Shown here: positions 1 to 11,205 of the stretch, piece after piece
Layout: each line of letters begins with the position of its first letter
How positions within the stretch are numbered: the first letter of the stretch is position 1
DNA from: Geosiphon pyriformis uo1
Lineage: Eukaryota; Fungi; Glomeromycota
Assembly: GCA_016748015.1 (NCBI GenBank)
Contig: JAAOMT010000392.1
Span: 25,242-47,379 of the forward strand
DNA: 22,138 bases
Reading direction: 5' to 3'
Notes under the pieces: model-generated
What the model was told of the DNA's origin: nothing
The model's input: only the letters and a program-made list of their open reading frames with translations
Database searches by the model: none
Made by a program: the position numbers and the translations under genes

Positions 1-65
1 TGGCAGAGAGCCTTTTTAATCTCCAAGGAGATTGCTGCTTGCTTTTGGTTCATGTTTTTTGGCAT
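1..65 (-). pseudogene. Possible N-terminus of a pogo/Tigger (CENP-B-like HTH) transposase running off the window edge
   Basis: The minus strand from ATG at 65 reads MPKNMNQKQAAISLEIKKALC, resembling the K/R-x-x-I/L-S/T-L-E-x-K-x-x-I/L-C start of CENP-B/pogo HTH domains. A TA|CAGT end-like motif lies on the minus strand at 247-242. Only 21 codons are visible. Confidence 0.25.
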
Positions 66-1474
66 GTTAATAAGAACACACTTTTTATTGCATTTTGCTT
101 TTATAATACATTGATATATCTGTTATGTTTCAAACATCATTTTGCCTTATATCTAACTGGACATGTGAGGTGTCTCATGTCATATAAGGTGCTTCAGATT
201 ATAAAAAGCAGCCAAATTATAAAAATAAAGATTTTAATCTAACTGTAGAATTCTAAGTACAAATGACAGATTCTCAGTAAAAAGAAACCTAATTTTGATA
301 ATGTATCTGTGACACTTTTTGCCTCTTACTCCCAATTGATAATCAATAATAAAAACTGTTAATTTAATTTTCTATATACTTGCATATTTGCATAGAAGAT
401 AGCACAATGNNNNNNNNNNNNNNNNNNNNNNNNNNNNNNNNNNNNNNNNNNNNNNNNNNNNNNNNNNNNNNNNNNNNNNNNNNNNNNNNNNNNNNNNNNN
501 NNNNNNNNNNNNNNNNNNNNNNNNNNNNNNNNNNNNNNNNNNNNNNNNNNNNNNNNNNNNNNNNNNNNNNNNNNNNNNNNNNNNNNNNNNNNNNNNNNNN
601 NNNNNNNNNNNNNNNNNNNNNNNNNNNNNNNNNNNNNNNNNNNNNNNNNNNNNNNNNNNNNNNNNNNNNNNNNNNNNNNNNNNNNNNNNNNNNNNNNNNN
701 NNNNNNNNNNNNNNNNNNNNNNNNNNNNNNNNNNNNNNNNNNNNNNNNNNNNNNNNNNNNNNNNNNNNNNNNNNNNNNNNNNNNNNNNNNNNNNNNNNNN
801 NNNNNNNNNNNNNNNNNNNNNNNNNNNNNNNNNNNNNNNNNNNNNNNNNNNNNNNNNNNNNNNNNNNNNNNNNNNNNNNNNNNNNNNNNNNNNNNNNNNN
901 NNNNNNNNNNNNNNNNNNNNNNNNNNNNNNNNNNNNNNNNNNNNNNNNNNNNNNNNNNNNNNNNNNNNNNNNNNNNNNNNNNNNNNNNNNNNNNNNNNNN
1001 NNNNNNNNNNNNNNNNNNNNNNNNNNNNNNNNNNNNNNNNNNNNNNNNNNNNNNNNNNNNNNNNNNNNNNNNNNNNNNNNNNNNNNNNNACAGCCTAATA
1101 AATATCTTTTAAGAAGTTAGAAATATATTGTATTGTGTACAGTTTTGTTTATGTTGAGTTGGGTGCATTATTATTTATAATTGGCATTTTTAAAACATGA
1201 TATGTTAAGTCTAAGTCCGAATCTTCATTTTGTGTGATTATGTTTGGATTATGAAAAGCATTCAACATGGATTTATTTGTCCCAAAAAAGTTGATTTTTA
1301 ATACATCTTTAAAACTATCAGTCAAATTTTTGCTCACTAATACTAAATATTGGTCGAATAATGAATATGATTGCTAGTATGAAGCCTTTTTTTAATTGCA
1401 GATGCCAAAGTTGGTGTGAAAATGTATTTATTGGGTATATATTAGAATCTTTATGTTTTGAGTTTTATTACTAG

Positions 1475-1975
1475 TCATATTTTTTTTCCTAAGGAAAGGT
1501 AAATTTGAACTCTGTTCCCAATTGATTTGCTCAAACAATGTCTTATTAACAAACTTGTTTCTGGAGGATCCCATTGGGCCATTATTCTCATTTGTAGGTC
1601 TGTTAATTCCTTCTTCCAATACAAAGAAAAAGTAATCTTATTAGCCAAAGTTTGATCCAGAGTAACTTTATCAATACTCGTAGCAACAGCCTCCAAAGCA
1701 CTACTAGTCTCTAAAGCACTACCAGTTTCCAAAGCACCAAGAGCAGTAGTACTATACCATATGTCAACTATTATTAAAACTCTCATAATATCTGTAAACA
1801 ACAAGCCAGATATAATAGTTCTATTATTGTCTTCTAATGGCAATAGTAGCTTATAAAAAAGAAAAGTAATTGAATGTTGTAATATTTCAAAAATTTTGTT
1901 TAGTGTTCTATAATCGTTTTCAAAAACTTTTCTAATTTTTTTTACTACTATAAAAAGAATGATTTCCATTGACAA
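1475..1975 (-). other. Uncharacterised, probably degenerate ORF with an 18-bp x3 internal repeat (ALETGS/ALETSS/ALEA)
   Basis: 166-aa ORF in the track. Tandem repeat at ~1690-1740 (ccaaagcactactagtct-ctaaagcactaccagttt-ccaaagcacc). No recognisable domain. Confidence 0.25.
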
Positions 1976-2250
1976 ATCAGGAAATCTCCCAGACTGTACA
2001 TGTCTGATTAAATATGAGATAATATTTAATGTTCATATCTAATATCATATAATTATAGTGTGACTATAGAGAGTAAAAATTACTTATATTTTGCTATTAT
2101 ATTTGTAAAGATAGAGAATATAAGAAGATATATATAGTAAAAGTAACTATAAAAAGATAATATTATATATAAATGGTTTTGGTTTTTAAAAAAATGTGAT
2201 TATAAGAAAATAGTGACTATAACCAGAAGAACTATAGAAAGAGTTTACTG

Positions 2251-2532
2251 TAACTGGTAAAAAACCCAGGAATAAGAATAGAATACTCAAAGATTAAGGA
2301 CAGCTTACCAGGAGAATTACCAGCTATCATGATAAGAAAGAAATTTGATAGAATTGTGATTCCAGAAAGTGACAAATAAAACTATACTTGAATCTCTGTC
2401 TATTATACAAAAAACTTAATCAAAACCTTTAGACAACCAAAACCTTTAGATATTACTAACCTAATTCAGCTATCAAGCACCAAGTTATGGGTTTGTTATT
2501 TGATTTAAGACTCCAAATAATTATCTGTAACA
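2251..2532 (+). repeat. Element A 5' LTR remnant (3' 282 bp only)
   Basis: Gap-free alignment to 20696-20977 (~84% identity by hand). Ends ...TGTAACA directly before TT+TGG PBS. Similarity stops upstream of 2251. Confidence 0.9.
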
Positions 2533-2534
2533 TT

Positions 2535-2550
2535 TGGTGCTCCTTGTGAG
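2535..2550 (+). promoter_or_regulatory. Primer-binding site of element A (TGGTGCTCCTTGTGAG), likely elongator tRNA-Met
   Basis: TGG lies 2 nt after the LTR end. The complement CTCAC-AAGGAGC-A-CCA has tRNA T-stem/acceptor/discriminator/CCA geometry, and the CTCAC T-stem resembles eukaryotic elongator tRNA-Met. tRNA identity is an inference. Confidence 0.85.
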
Positions 2551-2552
2551 AT

Positions 2553-4440
2553 ATAATCCAACAGAAAACCAGCATTAATAACAATCATCTGAAACAGTAA
2601 CAGAATCAGAAGAAATAGGAACAAACCACTTGGGATTTGCAAAATCCTTATTTTAGCATTACAAAAGTCATCTCAGATTTACAAATAATAATTGGCCAGC
2701 AAAATTAGCTTTTAATTGCTATGTTAATAAAAGGATCATATATTATTTGGGAGGCCAAGAAGATCCAAAATTTGCCTTTAACAACTTTTTCAGTAAATTA
2801 CTCCAAAGCATCACACTATCACAAAATTATCTATTTACACTAATTACAAAAATAAACAGAGAAATTGAAAAGTACACTAAACAAAAATTTTTCATTACTT
2901 TTGTTAACAAAGGCAAAAGAAGATTACAAACACCAGCAGAAATCCCAAAACAAATACAATTCACTACATAAAAGAAACAGAGAGTGGATTCACTTGCTAA
3001 TTTATTATATCATTATACACCCAGAAATACTATTAATATAATATCAATAGGCAAGTTCACCACAAATATGACAATACCATTAAACAAAATTCCATTCCAA
3101 AGTAAACAGAAAAAAGCAAAGTTATTAGAAACCTATAGTGACTATTTTGAAAGATTTAAATTACAATCTCTAATGCCATTAGAAGTTTAATTACCACTAC
3201 CACAACCAGATTTTGGAGCTGCTAGTTCTTGAGAATTAACTGACTTTGAAGAAGAGGAAAATAACAATCAGGAAATTAATTATTCAAACCCAATTCTAGA
3301 AAACCTGGAAATTTAAACTCTGATTGTTCTAACTCAGCAAAATCAGAACAATCCAAACCTCACCATTATTAATCAATCAAACTTGCCTCCAGAAATTATA
3401 ATTAATCTACCACTAGTTGTCTTAATTATCAAACAACAACACCAGCTGCAACCACCATCTCAACAACAACTTCAACAGTAACCACCACCACAATTACAAC
3501 AATAATTCATAATAGCACTAATAATCTATGCACTAANNNNNNNNNNNNNNNNNNNNNNNNNNNNNNNNNNNNNNNNNNNNNNNNNNNNNNNNNNNNNNNN
3601 NNNNNNNNNNNNNNTTTAGTAATAAACAGATTATCTGAATTGGATTCCAAATTGAAATAATTTAGTAATTCAATTAACCAGAAATTGAAAGAATACTTAG
3701 TTAACAATCAAATTATTTATTAATTTCTACAATAATGTAATAATCAAGAAAACTCAAATTGTTTTCAAAACCAATCACATTTCTTATCATTAACCAATTA
3801 ACTATAACAGCCAGAAATACTTACCTGCCACAATTGTGGTAAACAAAATTACATCAAAATTGACTGCCATTATAATGAAAACTCATGATCAGAAAATCAA
3901 TATTGAAACTCCGATCACTAATTTCAAACTCCAAATTACTTACCAATCAAGATCAATATCAACTCTATTACTCACAAATAACACAACAACCAATATACAT
4001 ATCTTTAATCTATTAAACATCAGTTCCAGTTATTTATCAACCACAATCACCAGTAATGTATCAACAACCACCTATTCTAATACCACTATTAAACTCAGCT
4101 CAAACATCATCCAAAAATGCCAGACTAAGAATTACTTACATCTAACAAAACTAGAAATTGGCAATAGTAATATATCAACTAATTTCCAGTTTATCAAGTC
4201 AACCATTAGGATCTTGCTAACAGAGTTCAAGAACTGGGTATGTTTAAAACCCAAATTCTCAGAACTATTTAAGTCTTTTGATGACCCCAGAAAATGCCTC
4301 ATCCAACAATCAAGAAACCAACTGAATGCTACTTATCAATAATATATCTCTAGTAACCATTACTAATAACAAATTATTGGCTGCTATTTTTTTTTTTGAA
4401 CTCAAAGAACCATCAGAAACTCTTTTATTCAGTAGAACCA
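2553..4440 (+). pseudogene. gag: Element A gag, with many stops; capsid core absent or hidden in gap 3537-3614
   Basis: Q/N/P-rich fragments; degenerate zinc knuckle CHNCGKQNYIKIDC at 3826-3867; lies between PBS and protease. Boundaries approximate. Confidence 0.75.
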
Positions 4441-4449
4441 CTTTTAATA

Positions 4450-4820
4450 CAATTACCACAATATATACCAATGCTAAAGTCAATGGTCAATTTATCAAAC
4501 AATCTTAGACAGTAGTTCAGCAGGCAGCATCATTACATAACAACTTATAGACCAATTAAATCACCAAGTTGATTGTGCTGTCAGTGCCAGAATTATTACC
4601 ACTAATGAAGCAATAAAAATGCTCATTAAAGAGATTAACAACTTCCTTTTTAAAGTCAATGGCATCATTATTTTAATCAAAGTATTGGTAATAAAAGCTA
4701 CACAGTATCAAGCACTCATTGGTAATAACTGGCTGTCCAAAACCAATGTGGTACTCAACTGAAACATCTAGGAGCTACAACTCAGCCAAAACAGCCAACA
4801 CACACAAGTACTAGCAACTT
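4450..4820 (+). pseudogene. Element A retropepsin aspartic protease (degenerate)
   Basis: LDSSSAGSII at 4505 (from LDSGS) and ALIGNNWL (ILGxDWL-type motif) near 4710-4735; homologous to B protease. Confidence 0.85.
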
Positions 4821-5065
4821 GTAGTCATTTCAAGAGCACTATGCCAGCACTGCTAACCAAATTCAAAGAAGAAACAATTAAACCTACTTAAGAAGCCTAC
4901 CAAGTCTTATGAATTGATATTAACCACAATGAATTGCTGCCAATACTCTCTTGAAATGATAAGGGAAAAAAGAAAAAGAAGACAAACCTAAAGAAACCAC
5001 CACAAAAGAAATAACCAATGGCTGAGAAAAGTTTTATTTGACTAATATTAGACTAAAAACCACTG

Positions 5066-5707
5066 TATATACCACTTAGGTACAAATACTATAAAAAAAA
5101 GCTGTCTTCTATGGGAGCTTGGATTGCACCTGACAAAGATTACTGGATACACATGTACTATTACTGTAAGCTGTACTACCATAAACACTATTGCTATCCA
5201 AAAAGACAAGGAAAGTAGAACAACAAACTATGTCTTGCTTGTGGGGAAACTTTTTTTGACAAAGAAATATGGAATAACATTCCTGGTTGAAGAAAAACAT
5301 GCAATGTTTTGTGCCAATACATAATCCTCTTAAATAATTGGATCAGCAAAGGAACACCTTTTAATACTGCATAGAACTATGTTTTATTATACTTAGACAG
5401 TTATCTACATGATGAAAATAAGATCTGAAAAATGGCAAAAGCCAAAATCAAAGATGTCTTACCTAGTAAAATTCTGGAAGTAAAAAACAACCCACCAAAA
5501 CCAATTGACATTATTCTTATTTTCAATTCAGATGTATTTTTTGATATCAAAACAGGCCCAGAAAAATTCCACAAACACTACCAAAACCTAGCACTAACCA
5601 AGAAAGAACAAAAACAATGACTAAAACAATTAAATACACAACTGTATAGATATTGTCTAATTTCCAATGATTTTGAATATTGTGATAATTGTAATTTTGT
5701 TTACAAT
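5066..5707 (+). pseudogene. Element A Cys-rich, putative zinc-binding domain between protease and dUTPase
   Basis: YIPL...KKLSSMGAWIAP...YYCK...CLACG...CQY...GTPFNTA...YLHD...YCDNC; collinear with B 11325-11943. Confidence 0.75.
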
Positions 5708-5723
5708 CTATTACCATGTATGA

Positions 5724-6703
5724 TGTTACCAGAGGTTTTTGGTCTCTTCTTAGCTCTTGTAAGTTTATTGTAATGTTGTTAATTCACGACTATGGGAAGT
5801 GTTTGAACCTTCGATAACTGAATTTATCTTCAAATTATCTTCTATAATTTGAACTGCTGGTCTTATAAGTGGAATGTCCAATTTTTTGCTAGTTACTTTA
5901 TGTAGTTACATTGTAGTAAATGTCAACTCTTTTCCAGGAATTGCTCATCTGGAAGCTCACTAAAAATGTGTAGTTACTTTGCTGTAAAAGTCAACTCTTC
6001 TATAGGAATCTTGTCTATAGGCTATCCTAATAATTATAATACGAAAAATAAAAGAAAAGTAAAAAAAATGCAAAAGAAATAGAATTCTGTTAAGGGAAAC
6101 GTTTTCTATCCAGGCCTAGAGTCACTAACAGTTTACTGAAATTGGTAGCTAATTAATTTCAAACTGTTTTAGTAGGAATTGGTTAATTTCAAAAGAGAAA
6201 TAATTAAGAATTTGATTTTTCAAATTATTTGATATTTATTTTGTTTTTGTGTGTAAAAGATGATTCTAATTGTTAAATCTGAAGTAAGATACATTTTTTT
6301 GAAGAAAAAAGCTCTTTTTTTATACAATTTGTTGTAACACTATTCTATGAACTTGAACTTTGCTCTTTTCTACAATTTCGCTGAACTCAAGATACATTTT
6401 GGCAAACTACAAGTTATTTCTGCGAACTATTAGATATTTCGGTGAACTATCAATTATTTCAGTGAATTTCTACCAATTTCAGCAAACTTTTGAATGTTAC
6501 ATATTTTGGGGTATTGCATGATTGATCATCACAATTAGGTTATATCTGTGTTATGTACAAATTGGGTTATTAATTAAATGATAATTTCGGACATTTTGCT
6601 AATGTAATAAGTGATAATTTGAAATGATAATATATGCTAATTAATGATGGAATTATAAAGATAATTTCATGCTAAATAATATCTCTAATTTCATCTGGTA
6701 ACA
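5724..6703 (-). repeat. Element B 3' LTR (980 bp)
   Basis: About 94% identical by hand to 14560-15538; terminal inverted repeat TGTTACCAGA / TCTGGTAACA; adjacent to PPT. Confidence 0.97.
6375..6488. repeat. Six ~20-bp tandem units (core ATTTCGGYGAACT) in U3 of the B LTR; second copy at 15211-15324
   Basis: Units start at 6375, 6396, 6416, 6436, 6456 and 6476. Confidence 0.85.
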
Positions 6704-7391
6704 TAACCTCCTTTTCAAGACTGAGCTTCATCAAAGTCCAAGTACTGTCTGTAATTTCCAGATAGTAATTCAAGATTATTGAAGAAATTTGGTCTGAAAA
6801 TTTTTGAAATTTCAGTTCTGTGAGCTTTTCAATATACTGAATCTTCAAAAGTTGAAAAATTGGGTTTTGTAGGACGTTTTTACAGATGTAAAATAGGTCA
6901 TAAAGTTTAAAAACAGCTCTGAGCTTGTAGTGACTGTTTGTTGGTCCAGCTGTTGTCTTAAATTTGTTGTGGAGTTGTTTCTGAATAGCTTCTTTTGTGA
7001 GGTTTGCTGTTGTAAGTTCCAGTTTTCGTTCATAGAGTGTTTTTCCCATGTGGAAATATCTATAGATTGGAGGGTATTCAGTGCTTTTCTCATTGAGACA
7101 TAGTTGAAGTTTTTGTTGAATTATAGCATTTGGTGGAATACTAATCGGAATGAGCATTAAGTTTTCTCTTAAAGCAAGCTTTAAAAGTTCTGGCAGGTGA
7201 ATTCCAGAATAACTTCTTGTGTTCTTCTTATATGGGTGATATTTTTGTGAATTTGGGGCTAAATTTGTAACTACTTCTGTTTGAGTATAATTAATGTGGT
7301 TTTCAGTAACAATAATAGATAATTCAGGTATTGTTTTTAAAGCTAACATTAATTTTTGGGATAATTGTTGAATGTTCTAAGGAATAGTCAT
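6672..7391 (-). pseudogene. Element B ORF3: accessory protein of unknown function downstream of pol (225 aa open from 7349; ~239 aa from 7391 through one TAG)
   Basis: Longest N-free ORF in the track; same sense as pol; runs through the PPT and ends 32 nt inside the LTR; homologous to 19446-20117. Confidence 0.8.
6707..6716 (-). promoter_or_regulatory. Polypurine tract of element B (GAAAAGGAGG)
   Basis: Purine run on the minus strand 3 nt before the TG of the 3' LTR. Confidence 0.9.
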
Positions 7392-7512
7392 TATAAGAGA
7401 TTTGAAAATGAAGAAAATTATTTTTGGTGTATGGGTTTTTATGTTATTTTTGTTTTGTTTTTGTGAGATTGTTTCTAATTTATAAGGGAATAACTATAAT
7501 AATAAATTTAAA

Positions 7513-8900
7513 TTAAGTGTTTAAGTTGGGAGGTTGTTCAATAACAACTATTGGTTCTAAATTTTGGGGAATATCTTCAGGTTTGTTTAAAAGGGCATGT
7601 GTACTAATTTGTGGAATTAATAGTTCAGGATTGTTTCTGGAATTATAGTGTTTCAAATGATCTCCATGTGCAACTTTTGCTAGAATTTTGTCATCAAGTC
7701 TTAGCTTGTATGATCCATTGTCTAAGACTTCATAGATAAAGAATGATCCATCTCATTTATTTTCAAATTTTTCACTCCATTGTTTTTCAGCTTTAGTTCT
7801 GTGTAAGAGAACTTTGTTTCTGATTTTAAATTCATTGGTAACTGGAGGCAATTTGTCATTATGTCATTCTTTTTTGTTGAGCTTGGGAGTGTTTAATATG
7901 GGTGGCTGCTATTCATTGTTTTCCTTCCAACATGCTAAGCAGAGTATAGGCTCTTCATTGTAGTGTTTTTTGAAAGTTGTCTTTATTAATTGGTTGTATT
8001 AGATATGTTTCTATTGTAAAACTAATTGGTAATGTTGCTGTCCTTCCATAGGTTAGATCAAATAGTGTGTGTTTTGTGGTATTTTGTTTTAGTGTTCTAT
8101 ATGCTAGTAACACTGATGAAATAAAGAGATCTCATTCTTGCTCAAAATCAGTTGAAACTTTGGCTAATGATTCACACAATGTTCTGTTGAAACGTTCTAC
8201 AAGTTCATTTGTTTGTAAATGGTAGAACAAAGATAATGGTCTTTTGACATTAAATCGTTCACAAATTTCTTGAATTAAATTGTTTACAAAATGTGTTCCT
8301 TAATCAGATAAAAGTTCTATTGGGCATTTATGTCTACAAATGATGTCTTTGTAGATAAAGTTTGCTACTGATTTTGCATCTGCTTATTGAATTGCTCTAA
8401 CTTCGGGCTATTTGGTGAGATAGTCTACAACTACTGCAATATAACGGTTTTTTTGGTTTGTGATAGGTAGTGGTCCGACTAAATTGATACCAACTCAATC
8501 AAAAGGCTGTTCAATTTTGATTGGGTTTAAAGATTCTGTAGGGTGAGTTCTTTCTCTTCTTTGACAACTATCACAAGACTTAACATATTCATGAATGTTT
8601 TTTCTTATCTGAGACTAAAAGTAATATTCTAGTGTTCTCTGGGTGGTGCTGTCTTTTCTTAGGTGTGCTGATGAAAGGTCTGAGTGCATGTTATATAAAA
8701 TGGTTTCTTTTTCATGTTCTTGTATTAATTTGAGCAGATTGTCTGGGTTTCTGAAGTTTCGATAATAAATCTTGTTGTTGTGTAAGAAGTATTGTTTGGC
8801 TTGTTGTTGTAACCAATGTTTTTTATCTGAAGATCAATCTGTTGGGATTGTTAATGTCTCCAAATATTGTTTAAGATTGTTGTAGTTTTCAGGGTTCATT
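7513..8900 (-). pseudogene. pol: Element B integrase (H2C2 zinc finger, DDE core, C-terminal extension ending LEPIVVIEQPPNLNT*)
   Basis: NMHSDLSSAH...SCDSCQ; GINLVGPL; VDYLTK; LSD*GTHF; QTNELVERFNRTL. Several stops. No chromodomain seen. Confidence 0.92.
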
Positions 8901-8969
8901 GTTTGTTGTTTTGTTGTTAATTCAAATGGATGTTGGTTTTGTATTCTAATCTTGCCTCATTCTTGAGAG

Positions 8970-9570
8970 ACAATCAACGTTAGTGTGGAATCTTCCTGGT
9001 TTGTGGTGTACAATGTATTGGTAATTGGCTAAAAATCCTGTCCATTAGATTTGTTTTGCATTTAGTTGAGTGTTTTTGTTCTGAAGCTATTTGAGTCCAA
9101 TATTATCAGTGATAATATCAAATTTTTTGGGTCTAAAGTAAAGATTGAAATAATGCAAGGCCCAAATTACAGCTGCTGTTTCTAGTTCCGTGACAGAGTA
9201 GTTTTTCTCAGCTGGTTTTAATGTTCTGCTAGCATAAGCAATTATTCGCTCATTTCTATTGTCATCTAATTGTGATAAGATGGCACCAAAGGCAGTGTAA
9301 AAAGCATCTGTAGCTAATCAAAATCGGTTACTGAAGTCTGGATAGACAAGAATTGGAGCTGTTGTCAGCTTTTTCTTGAGAATTTCGAAAGCTTTTTGGT
9401 GTTCTTCCATCTATTTGTATCCGCTGTTTTTAGTAATAAGCTGGTTGAAGGGTTTTGCGATTTCTGAGAATCTTTTGATGAATTTTCGGTAATAGGATAC
9501 TAATCCAATAAATCCTCTTAATTCTGTGGTATTTTGTGGAGTCTTGAAGTTTTTGACAGTGCTGATTTTT
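8970..9570 (-). pseudogene. pol: Element B RT connection and RNase H
   Basis: LRGFIGLVSYYRKFI; APILVYPDF...ATDAF...GAILSQ...IAYASRTLKPAEKNYSVTELETAAVIWALHYF...ITD. Confidence 0.92.
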
Positions 9571-10270
9571 CTGGGGTCTGGTTTAATTCTATTTTTGTTA
9601 ACAATGTGATCAAGAAAAGCCAAACTTGTTTTTCCGAAGTAGCATTTTTCGATGTTCAGTTTCAATCCTGCTTTCCATAATCGTTGAAAAACTTCTCGCA
9701 GGTGTTTTAAGTGTAATTCAAAAGATGGTGAATAAATATTAGTATTATCGAGATAGACAACTACTGATTTCCAAAAGAGGTCTTTGTAAACAACATCCAT
9801 AAGTCTTTGGAATGTTGCTGGTGTATTGCATAATCCAAAAAGCATTACATTGAACTCGTAATTTTCTCTTTGAGTGGTAAATGCTGTTTTGGGGCAATCT
9901 TTGAGATTCATGGCAACTTGCTAGTATCCACTCTCTAAATCTAATGTTGAAAAGTATTTGGATTTTCCAAGAGCATTCAGCATGTCATTGATTCAGGGAA
10001 GAAGGTAGGCATCTCCAATGGTTATACTGTTGAGTTGTTGATAATCAACACAAAATCGTATCTTTCCATTTTTCTTTTTAACTAGAACCACAGGCAAGGC
10101 TCATGGACTTATTGATGGTTGAATAAGCCCATTGTTAAGCATCTGTTGTACTTTTTCTTGGATAAATTGGTGACTTTCTGGAGCAACTCAGTAGGTTTGT
10201 TGTCATCTTGGTTTGGCATCTCCTGTGTAGATTTGATGTTGAACCAAATTGGTTCTTCCTAAGTCATTGT
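9571..10270 (-). pseudogene. pol: Element B reverse transcriptase
   Basis: [22 protein letters not shown]; FSTLDLESGY*QV; KTAFTT; MLFGLCNTPATFQRLM; YLDN at 9755-9744 (from YLDD); GLKLNIEKCYF. Confidence 0.95.
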
Positions 10271-10489
10271 TGTTTTTAGTAAAGATATCAGCAAATTCTG
10301 CAATTAGCTCTTTGAACTGGTTTTGTTGTTGTGATTCAAGTTGTTTTATGTTGATTCAAGATAGTTTTTCTATAACAACATGGTAGTTTTCAGAGCTGGG
10401 GTTTGGATTGATTTTTGGTAGTAAATGTCCAATAATTTCAGAGAAATTGGAGACTGTTTGAGATAATTTTTGTTGAAAGATATTACTGT

Positions 10490-10730
10490 GAATAACTCCA
10501 ATTTCTAAGTTATTTAATAAAACTATGGGGTAATTATTGGGATTGTAAAAAGTAATTCGGACTTTCTTTGTTCCTTCTGGGATGTAAATATTTGGGATTG
10601 AGATATTATGTTCCAAGCAGATTTGTTTGTTGGGCTGAAAAATTTGTTGTGTGGTTGTTGGCTTTTCACAAGTGTAAATTTCAGGGTGTTCTCTAAAGGG
10701 TGAAATAATAATTGGTTGTGGAAGTTGTAA
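10490..10730 (-). pseudogene. Element B degenerate second dUTPase-like domain
   Basis: HNISIPNIYIPEGTKKVRITFYNPNNYPIVLLNNLEIGV parallels the hydrophobic pattern of the adjacent dUTPase (KKINVREGIIDARYTGDITVILQNETDKSFKIEHAKKIAQ) but lacks catalytic motifs. Confidence 0.5.
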
Positions 10731-10786
10731 AATCTGGTAAGATTTTTTCTGTTCACTGAAAGCTATGTTTACTGGAACTGTAAACT

Positions 10787-11205
10787 GTCCAGTTGAACCA
10801 AAATCTTGTGTTTCTTTTTCGCTTTTTCCCAATTGTTCTCTTTGATTGACTAACTGTGTTGATTAAGAGTAAATAGATAGTTTGAGCAATTTTTTTGGCA
10901 TGTTCAATTTTGAAAGATTTATCGGTTTCATTTTGGAGTATTACTGTTATGTCACCAGTATATCTAGCATCGATTATTCCTTCTCTGACATTGATTTTTT
11001 TGCTTGCCAGAGAGAACTGGAAGACGATTTGAACTATTGCTCTTGGCGGGATTTCAAGGGCAATTTTGAGGTTGATTTTTGTAAGAGATTTGGGTTTGAG
11101 AATAAGAGTATCCTTGTCTGGATATCTTAAGTCATATCCAGTATCAATTTCATGTGCTTTTTCTGGTTTTATTCTTTGTCCATTGTTGTTAAAGTATTTG
11201 AGTTG
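10787..11205 (-). pseudogene. dut: Element B trimeric-type dUTPase (frameshifted near C-terminus)
   Basis: Motif 1 TGYDL, motif 3 GIIDARYTG, motif 4 KIAQ, motif 5 DFGSTG in the next frame (ORF 10356..10832). Confidence 0.93.

Noticed and set aside
380-1120. 246-aa ORF
   Set aside because: Consists of Ns from gap 410-1089.
2249-2532. A complete short 284-bp LTR starting TGTAAC at 2249
   Set aside because: The 3' copy has no TG or PPT at the matching position, and no matching TSD; the PPT and ORF3 stop place the LTR start near 20131.
3537-3614. Capsid-less gag in element A as a real feature
   Set aside because: The missing capsid core coincides with an assembly gap of uncertain size.
3836-4342. 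168-aa Thr/Asn-rich ORF as an independent gene
   Set aside because: Largely an off-frame reading of the Q/P-rich gag tail, shifting into the gag frame near its end.
6375-6488. CRISPR-like array
   Set aside because: 20-bp period with only ~7-nt variable parts, inside an LTR, no cas genes, eukaryotic context.
6672-7349. ORF3 as a retroviral envelope gene
   Set aside because: Too short, with no evident signal peptide, transmembrane segment or cleavage motif.
9744-9755. Both RTs read YLDN rather than YLDD (also 17207-17218), suggesting a variant active site
   Set aside because: A single G>A explains each, and G>A is the dominant mutation here; the second Asp is catalytically required. Only a family consensus with N would revive this.
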